The position numbers and the translations under genes are program-made. From Minutocellus sp. GHC0000111 (Eukaryota), in the NCBI GenBank assembly GCA_977018835.1, contig OZ361256.1, forward strand, positions 3,844,001 to 3,908,000: a DNA stretch of 64,000 nt, in the 5' to 3' direction. This document shows positions 57,601 through 64,000 of this stretch, one piece after another; within the stretch, counting starts at the first letter, position 1; the number at the start of each line of letters is the position of its first letter. The notes beneath the pieces were generated by a model that searched no databases, was not told the origin of the DNA, and worked only from the letters and a program-made list of their open reading frames with translations.

Positions 57601-60600
57601 GTTGCCGAGTCGACTGTCCAAATTTGTTCGAGACATCTCGATCCACGTCAATGAGAGAGCCACGGAGATATGGTTCACGGACTGGTCCGGACAGTATCCT
57701 CAAGGCGCGAGCAAATGTCATATGCGTCAGTCCACCCTTCTTGATGAGCTCATCGACGCATGTTGCATACGGTGGCATTGGTCGAGCATAGTCTTGAGCG
57801 GCGGAGGGGACAGCAGCGCTTGAGGCCGCAGCTGGCGTGGCCGGCGCCTCGGCAGAACTGGCGGCAGTCGCATCTGGAGTTGCAGAGTGCACAGGCTTCT
57901 TCTTTTTCTTGCGCTTCTTATCTTCCTCCTGTGGAAGAGTTAGTTTCGTCTCGCCAGCATCTTCAAGGAGTGCGGCTGCGAATGCAGCTCGAATTACTCG
58001 AACAAGATTGTTGAGGCCTGCCCTTCCCTCCACTACTCTTCGAAGCACCTCCGTCTTTAGGTGACGGAAAACAATGCCTCCCATTGGGTGTACCAATTCA
58101 AGCGCTCCGCACCCTATCGCCGAAGAAGAAGTGCTATTGCTGCTCAAAAATGTTGCCGACAGCCGCGAACCAAGCCAGTTGTTGCTCGGAAGTGGTACAT
58201 CTCGGTCCTGGCGCTCCAAATAGTCAAGAACATCTCTCATTAGTAAATGTCTCAAAGAGTATTCGTCGAGAGAACCAGTGTGAGACTCGGTACCATTGGC
58301 TACAGACCTCCAAAGGTGACCCTTATCTTCAGTAGGCACCGCGGCAACACCACCTCCAAGCATACCTCCATCCGCATCTTCGTCAACATTGGATAGAGGA
58401 AGGAAGTCGAGACATGGGCTGTTGAGGCCGCTTCCGATAGCGAATCGAGGGGAGAAATAAAAAGAGCCTCTTGCCCCCCCCTCACCCCAAGCGCCGTGTC
58501 CCTTTTCATACAGGCCCATTAAGACCGACTCAATCAGACAGTGCAGATATCCCTGGCCAATATCATCTTGACTTCCAAGGGGTAGAGCGGCAACAATCCA
58601 TCCTCGGATCGCCGCGCGTGCTTGGGCAAGCTGTAGTACCCGTCCGCCGCAATGAAAGGGCAGTCGATGTCCTGGCGGCGGAAGGAGTGCGGAATCAAAC
58701 ACCGCACCACCAAGGAATGGGTTGGAGCCGCAGGTCTCAGGACAATCATTCAATGAGCCGCTTGTCGTACCACCAGCGACAGCTCCTGGAATCCAAATTT
58801 GCGTATGACTCGAGGAACGGTACGATGGTAATGCCAGTACATCTCTCGTAAGGGACAGCGCACGGTTGGGAACGCCAGAGGTAGAGCGAATGATCGCTGT
58901 TTCGATGTCAAGACGTTGCTGCAATAGTGCCGGTCGAGTTGGAGTATGCGACGGCATTCTGCTTCGGCGCTGACAATGGAAGTGATAGGAGGCAAAAACC
59001 GACAAAATTCCGCTGCTGGTACCACCACCGCCGAGGTCACTGTCTGGACCAAGAACTTCATCAAACAGCTCAGCTAAGCCCGCAATATCAGGCGCATTGA
59101 AGTAGATATCCTTTCGCTCCGATTTGATTGCAAAGTACAGCTGTCTGATGCCCTCGGCTCGAACCATAGCAAGCTCTTCGACGGTCGGGGGACCTGATCT
59201 GCCCCCGGACCTCGAACTTGTGTCGATATCTCCACTGTCGCCACCACGGTGTCCCGCCACACTCCTCTTTTTCACATCAGTATCCTCTTCTTCCTCATCA
59301 TCGTCATCTTCATCGTGAGTGTAGTATTCAGGATCATAGAGAGCCCTAAAGGGCCCCGTGGCAAATCCAAGAGATCGCGCTGGGATGGGCGACCACGAGG
59401 CTGTCGTCCAGAGGGATGTGACAAGCCTGTGTGACTGATGGGGCTCCTCGTTTACATCGAGAGGGATGATGTGCGGCATATTCACTCCATTCGACAAAGA
59501 AATGGGCCTCGAAGATGGTAGCCCATGGAAAAACTTGATGCAAAAATCAACATGTCTAGTTCCGAGCGCCTTTGATAGGGATTCCCTCACCCTCTGCCCA
59601 ATGCTTTGATGCCTAATAGCAATGTCGTCGGCCCCGCTGCTTTCGCCATCCCATCGACTACTGGTGCCTGCCCAGCATCGATCTCGCCTGATTCCGGAGC
59701 ATCCAAGCAAGAGCGGGGAGGGAAGACACAATGCCCTACACCTTCTCCGCACCCAAAATCTTCGCCAAATCCTGCGCTCCACAGTCCCTCTTCCTCCTGG
59801 GCAGTCATCTTTACAGTCAGCTCATGGCTGGCCCTATGCTTGGAGGAAGCAGAATCTAGTGTCGGAAGCCACGATCGTGGTCCCTCATGGTCCCCATGTA
59901 TACCCACCGTGGTGTATACGTGAGGGCTGATAGCAGTGGTTGCAGAGGCTTCATCCTGCCCATTGATGGCAGGCGCCACAAAGTGAATGCCACCAGCGTG
60001 ATGGCTTAGACCAGGCGGAAGAGACGGGAGTACAAATCGGACAGTAACCTTGAGCGCAGAGGGGACGAACATATCCTTGACCTTACCACCATCCGTCTCA
60101 GATGCCAAAATATCCGTGCTAGTCACCGTCATGCTGGCCATCCTATCCGAAACGAGCTTGATCCGACCGTCTCGACGCTTCTCGCATCGATCGGACAGGC
60201 GACTTCGGAGGCGCCGGACGATCCGTCCCGGCATCGACGGCGGACCAGATCGGAGGACGGAGAGACGATTGAGGGAAGCCGCCCAAACGTCACTGGCCGA
60301 CTTGCGCGCGGCGGCGGCAATCTCTGCCGCGGGTGCAGGAGGACGTTTGGCTTCCGTTTCCTTTTGACCACCATCTGCCGGCGATACATCTCCGACCAGT
60401 ATGCGCAGCTCTCCATTCCGACTGGCAGCGCTCGCGAGACGGATGGCGTCCATCATGCCTGATCCACCCCTTGCGCATTGCGTATCGGCGTGGCATCGAC
60501 CCTTTCGAATGCCGGGCTCATCATCTCCCAACAAAGCATCACCACCATTATCACCATTATCATCATTGCGCGCCGCTTCCATCATCTCGGCTTCAAACTC

Positions 60601-61569
60601 ATCGGCCGTATACGACGACACCGGTTTCCGCAGCACCGTCTGCAGAGGGTCAAAGTGGACGAATTCGGAAGGAATGGGCTGCATCGACGCCGATGTGGTG
60701 ACGGTGGGGGCACAACTAGCAGCAGCAGGAGCGGCTGGACTCTCACCCTTTGCTGCTTCCGTATTTGCTTCACCAGCATTACTAGCGGTACTCGTAGCAC
60801 CAGTGGTTGCATCTGCTGCTGGTGATGACGATGCTGCCGTCGCCGTCGTCATCGTCACTGTCTTTGCCGTGACAATGCAGCTCTCCACATTGACCGATTC
60901 CACGCGACATCCGCCGCGCAGGTGGAGGGCCAGCTCCCTCCTCTTTTGGGGCGGAGGAGCTGGAGCAACAACGGCGGCGGCACCCGATTTGGCAGGAGTT
61001 GCCGAAGAAGCACCGCCAGCTGTAGCGCCAGCAGCAGCGCCAGCAGGAGGTGGCATCGGCACCTTGGCAGCAGCGCCAGGACCACTGCTGGCGTCACTCC
61101 CGTACGTTCCCTCGTCGACCAACCATAGCGTCGTTTCGCCACCGTACGCCCAACAACCGTCCTGGTAGGCCAAGCTGAGCTCGGTCCGCTGGTGCAGCAG
61201 GCGGAGGTAGGGCGTCGCTCCATTGCCGGGCAAGAGTGTTGGCTCATTGTCGGCCTCATTCTCACGTGCATCGTATCGTTCCGGACGAGTACCGCTCGGA
61301 GGACGGGGCGAGGGAATGCCCTGCTTGGTCGATGGTCCCTGCGCCGCCGCTACCGCCGCCGCTGCTGCACTGCTAGTACCAGTACTCGTACTGGCGGTAG
61401 CACCTGCAGCACTTGCGGCAGTGGCAGCAGCATTACCCGTAGTAGCAGTCGCAGCAGCAGCGGCGGTGGAGACCGAGGGCGTCGGGGCCCGGATTTTCAG
61501 CTTGGGAGCCGGCTTCGGAGCGCCGGATGCCGGCGCCGGAGGTTGAGGTGGAGCCCCGCCTTCCGTCAT
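54659..61569 (-). CDS. TAF2: TFIID subunit 2 (TAF2)-like protein; frameshift near 59600
   Basis: Degenerate M1-aminopeptidase-like N-terminus (GIHF...PHVYT...PRSWLPTLD...ARSLGFATGPF), PLLWVSIDP, SQVESIRALA, VRVQAALAIA and IASIRAKDGRTPPAVIRFL. Confidence 0.7.
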
Positions 61570-62164
61570 GGTTTGTTGAAGCTTTCGCTTTACTTACTCT
61601 AGCTAGCTAGAGTACACTTCTACCAGCTCATGCATGGAGCGCATAGCTATGATGTGTCGGATTTTGGAAGATACGGCACGCCAGTCGCCGAACGCGCAAG
61701 ACGGACGAAGGAAAGACGGAAAACAGAAGTCAAAAGAAACCCGGACCCATTTCACGTACGTACGCGAAGCAAACGTAACCGTCAGTTCCGCCTTCGCCTC
61801 TCTCGGCACGCAACAAACAAGCACAGTCAACAACCTCACAATCCAACGATACCTAGGTACGGCACCATACCACCCAAGATACGTACCTAGGTACGCTGTG
61901 TTGTGCACTCGAACTCCAAAGGTGGATACCGAGATACCCAGTCAATGCAATAAGCATCTCTGTTTGTTTTGGAATATTGTTCAGTTCTCATTTTTCGACG
62001 TAATTCGATCGATCGCTCCTTGAGATATTCCAGCACATAATCAATCTCTCTCGGAAAGCAAGAAACTCCAACAGTCAAATTCGGAAGAGGAATTCAAATT
62101 CGTCCCAAGATATCTACTACAAGCATCAACATGTCATCCTCCTACCAATGCCGCCGAGCCCGAA

Positions 62165-63103
62165 ATGCCGGCCCTCGGCACCACCGGCACAGCTCCAGTA
62201 GCGCTCGACGCTGCGACTGCTGGTGGCTTCGCCGGCGGCAACCGCAACCGCAGGCGCTGCTCCGTCGCCGACTGCACCAAGCAGAGCCAGGGCGGCCGGA
62301 ACAAGCAGATGTGCCGCCTCCACTTCAAGGAGTGGATGGCGGCCAACTCCGACCAGGCCAAGGATTTCAAGAAGAAGTCCCTGGCGGCCGCCACCATGGT
62401 CGGGATGGGCGCCGCGGGAGAACGGCTCAAGATGGACGGCGGAGGACAGCGCCGGACGCTCTGCAAGAAGGACGGCTGTCCCAAGCAGAGCCAGGGCGGC
62501 CGATGCAACTACATGTGCGCCGCGCACTACAACGAGGAGGTCAAGGCCAACAACGGCGGTGTCATCCCCTCCATCGGCACCGGCGGCAAGCTTTCCGCCG
62601 GCAATGTCACCGACGCCGACATCGCCGCCGCCGCCGCTTCTGGTACTACCGCCACCAAAGCTCCCAATGCCAGCGGTGCCAAGAGGAAGTCGCACCATCC
62701 GCTGTGCAAGAAGGAGGGCTGCCCCAAGCAGAGCCAGGGCGGCAGGTGCAACAACATGTGCGCCGCGCACTACAAGGAGGAGCTGAAGCAGAACGGTGGC
62801 GAAGTCAAATGCATCAGGGTGCCGCCGGCTGCTGCTGCTGCCTCGTCCGGCGGCCGGCCGCGCAAGGTCCGCCGCAATCCCAACGGCGGTCATCATCCGC
62901 TCTGCTCCGTGGCGGACTGTCCCAAGCAGAGCCAGGGATCGCGGTGCAACTTCATGTGCGCCTCGCACTACAAGGAAAGTGTCGCCGCCGAGGCCACCGC
63001 CAGCGCTGCCGACACTTCCGCCGCCGAGAGTGCCGCCGCCGAAGCCGTCGCTGAAGTCGTCGCCATGGCCGAGGCGGCCGAGGCGGAAGCAACTTCTGTT
63101 TAG
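62165..63103 (+). CDS. Protein with four CxxxxCxKQSQGxRxxxMCxxH zinc-finger repeats
   Basis: CSVADCTKQSQGGRNKQMCRLH, CKKDGCPKQSQGGRCNYMCAAH, CKKEGCPKQSQGGRCNNMCAAH and CSVADCPKQSQGSRCNFMCASH. The start may be the ATG at 62131 if there is an indel. Confidence 0.75.
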   Translation: MPALGTTGTAPVALDAATAGGFAGGNRNRRRCSVADCTKQSQGGRNKQMCRLHFKEWMAANSDQAKDFKKKSLAAATMVGMGAAGERLKMDGGGQRRTLCKKDGCPKQSQGGRCNYMCAAHYNEEVKANNGGVIPSIGTGGKLSAGNVTDADIAAAAASGTTATKAPNASGAKRKSHHPLCKKEGCPKQSQGGRCNNMCAAHYKEELKQNGGEVKCIRVPPAAAAASSGGRPRKVRRNPNGGHHPLCSVADCPKQSQGSRCNFMCASHYKESVAAEATASAADTSAAESAAAEAVAEVVAMAEAAEAEATSV

Positions 63104-63424
63104 ACTCGACACGGATCATCGACTCGATGCCATACGTTGAAAATGTCTTACTAGTCTAGTAGTACGTGTAGCAGGTCGTGCCTACTTTTGAAGAGTCGAG
63201 GCAAGGACGACTTCTCTCCATCTCTCTATCGGTAGCTGAAGACAAGGGAAATGATCTTTCGGCAGCATATCAAGAGTTACGAAAAGAGATTTTAAAAGAT
63301 TAATGTTTTATATAAAGTTAAAGTTAAGTTAATTTTTATCGTTTGCCACTGTATCTAGCTACGTAGCTAGGGCCAAAGGTACGCCGGCATACTAGAGCTA
63401 GCTAGATCGGCACAATATGGTCAT

Positions 63425-64000
63425 TCATTTGTTCGCATCGGCAGGGCTATCAATCCCTTCAACGCATTTTTCCCGAAGCAAATCCAGATGCAATTCCAAC
63501 CCCGTTCGCATGAGGCTGGCCACGGAAACAAAGTTTGGAAGATCATCGGAACCAATCTTTGTCCCGTTAATTGCAACGATGACGTCGCCCGGTTCCAGCC
63601 CGTGACAGTATTTGGTATTCGATCTGCCTCCTACCACTTCCAGAGTCAATGGCCGAGTAGCCGGAGAAGGAGGTGATAATGAAGGCGACAATGATGCAGC
63701 CGCTGCTCCAGAAGATTCGACGCTATGATCTACCACGGATAGTTGCAAATTCCATGGGATTGTCGTGCCCGCCCTCTTGGCCGTTGTGGTTGTTTGGAAC
63801 CACTTACCAAACCTTTTGGGGTCAGCATGATGGGGATCCACGGTAAGTCTCTCAGTGAGCACCCTTTCGTAAAGTGAGACGGATTGTCCGCCATCCATAT
63901 TGTTGGTCTTGCCCTGACTATCTTCAGTATTGGAAGATTTTCCATTCTCACCGCTCTCTTCAGAGTCTCTTGCGGCATGGAAGATGTATTCGTTTGATGG
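63425..64000 (-). CDS. 3' end of a gene ending in a PDZ-like segment (5' partial)
   Basis: The frame is open to the window end and contains GLEPGDVIVAINGT...LHLDLLR, a typical PDZ C-terminal pattern. Confidence 0.5.
   Translation of the reverse strand, partial: PSNEYIFHAARDSEESGENGKSSNTEDSQGKTNNMDGGQSVSLYERVLTERLTVDPHHADPKRFGKWFQTTTTAKRAGTTIPWNLQLSVVDHSVESSGAAAASLSPSLSPPSPATRPLTLEVVGGRSNTKYCHGLEPGDVIVAINGTKIGSDDLPNFVSVASLMRTGLELHLDLLREKCVEGIDSPADANK

Noticed and set aside
62131..63054. Overlapping 307-aa Arg-rich ORF and 328-aa antisense ORF
   Set aside because: These are alternative frames of a GC-rich gene. Only the 62165 frame has coherent Cys/His repeats.

Overview
Gene-dense eukaryotic nuclear DNA, most likely from a diatom. 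This is inferred from short GT-AG introns, bipartite ASAF-type plastid targeting signals, a multi-repeat FEA1/ISIP2-like protein, fused DHFR-TS and stramenopile-type Cys/His zinc-finger and HA-domain proteins. About 20 protein-coding loci are present: PX sorting nexin, DDX24/MAK5 helicase, a disrupted tandem SET-like gene, a secreted bacterial-like protein, TPR-DnaJ, a membrane protein, DHFR-TS, ThiD-ThiE, a very large SPRY-UIM-ARM-LRR-CHAT-P-loop locus, a LIG1-like ligase, VPS8, a six-repeat FEA1-like protein, an A1 aspartic protease, plastid bestrophin, two zinc-finger repeat proteins, an HA-domain protein, a renalase-like oxidoreductase, TAF2 and a PDZ-like fragment. Scattered 1-nt frameshifts, even in essential genes, suggest long-read consensus errors. 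Notable non-coding structure includes an intronic C/D snoRNA with an LSU rRNA guide, a ~113-bp inverted repeat pair between two divergent genes, a 752-bp DHFR-TS intron built of ~190-200-bp degenerate repeats with E2F-like sites, and recurrent AGCTACGTAGCT-type palindromic tracts at gene boundaries. The best candidate for an undescribed system is the NLR/STAND-like CHAT protease locus. All family assignments come from motif recognition; no database searches were run.
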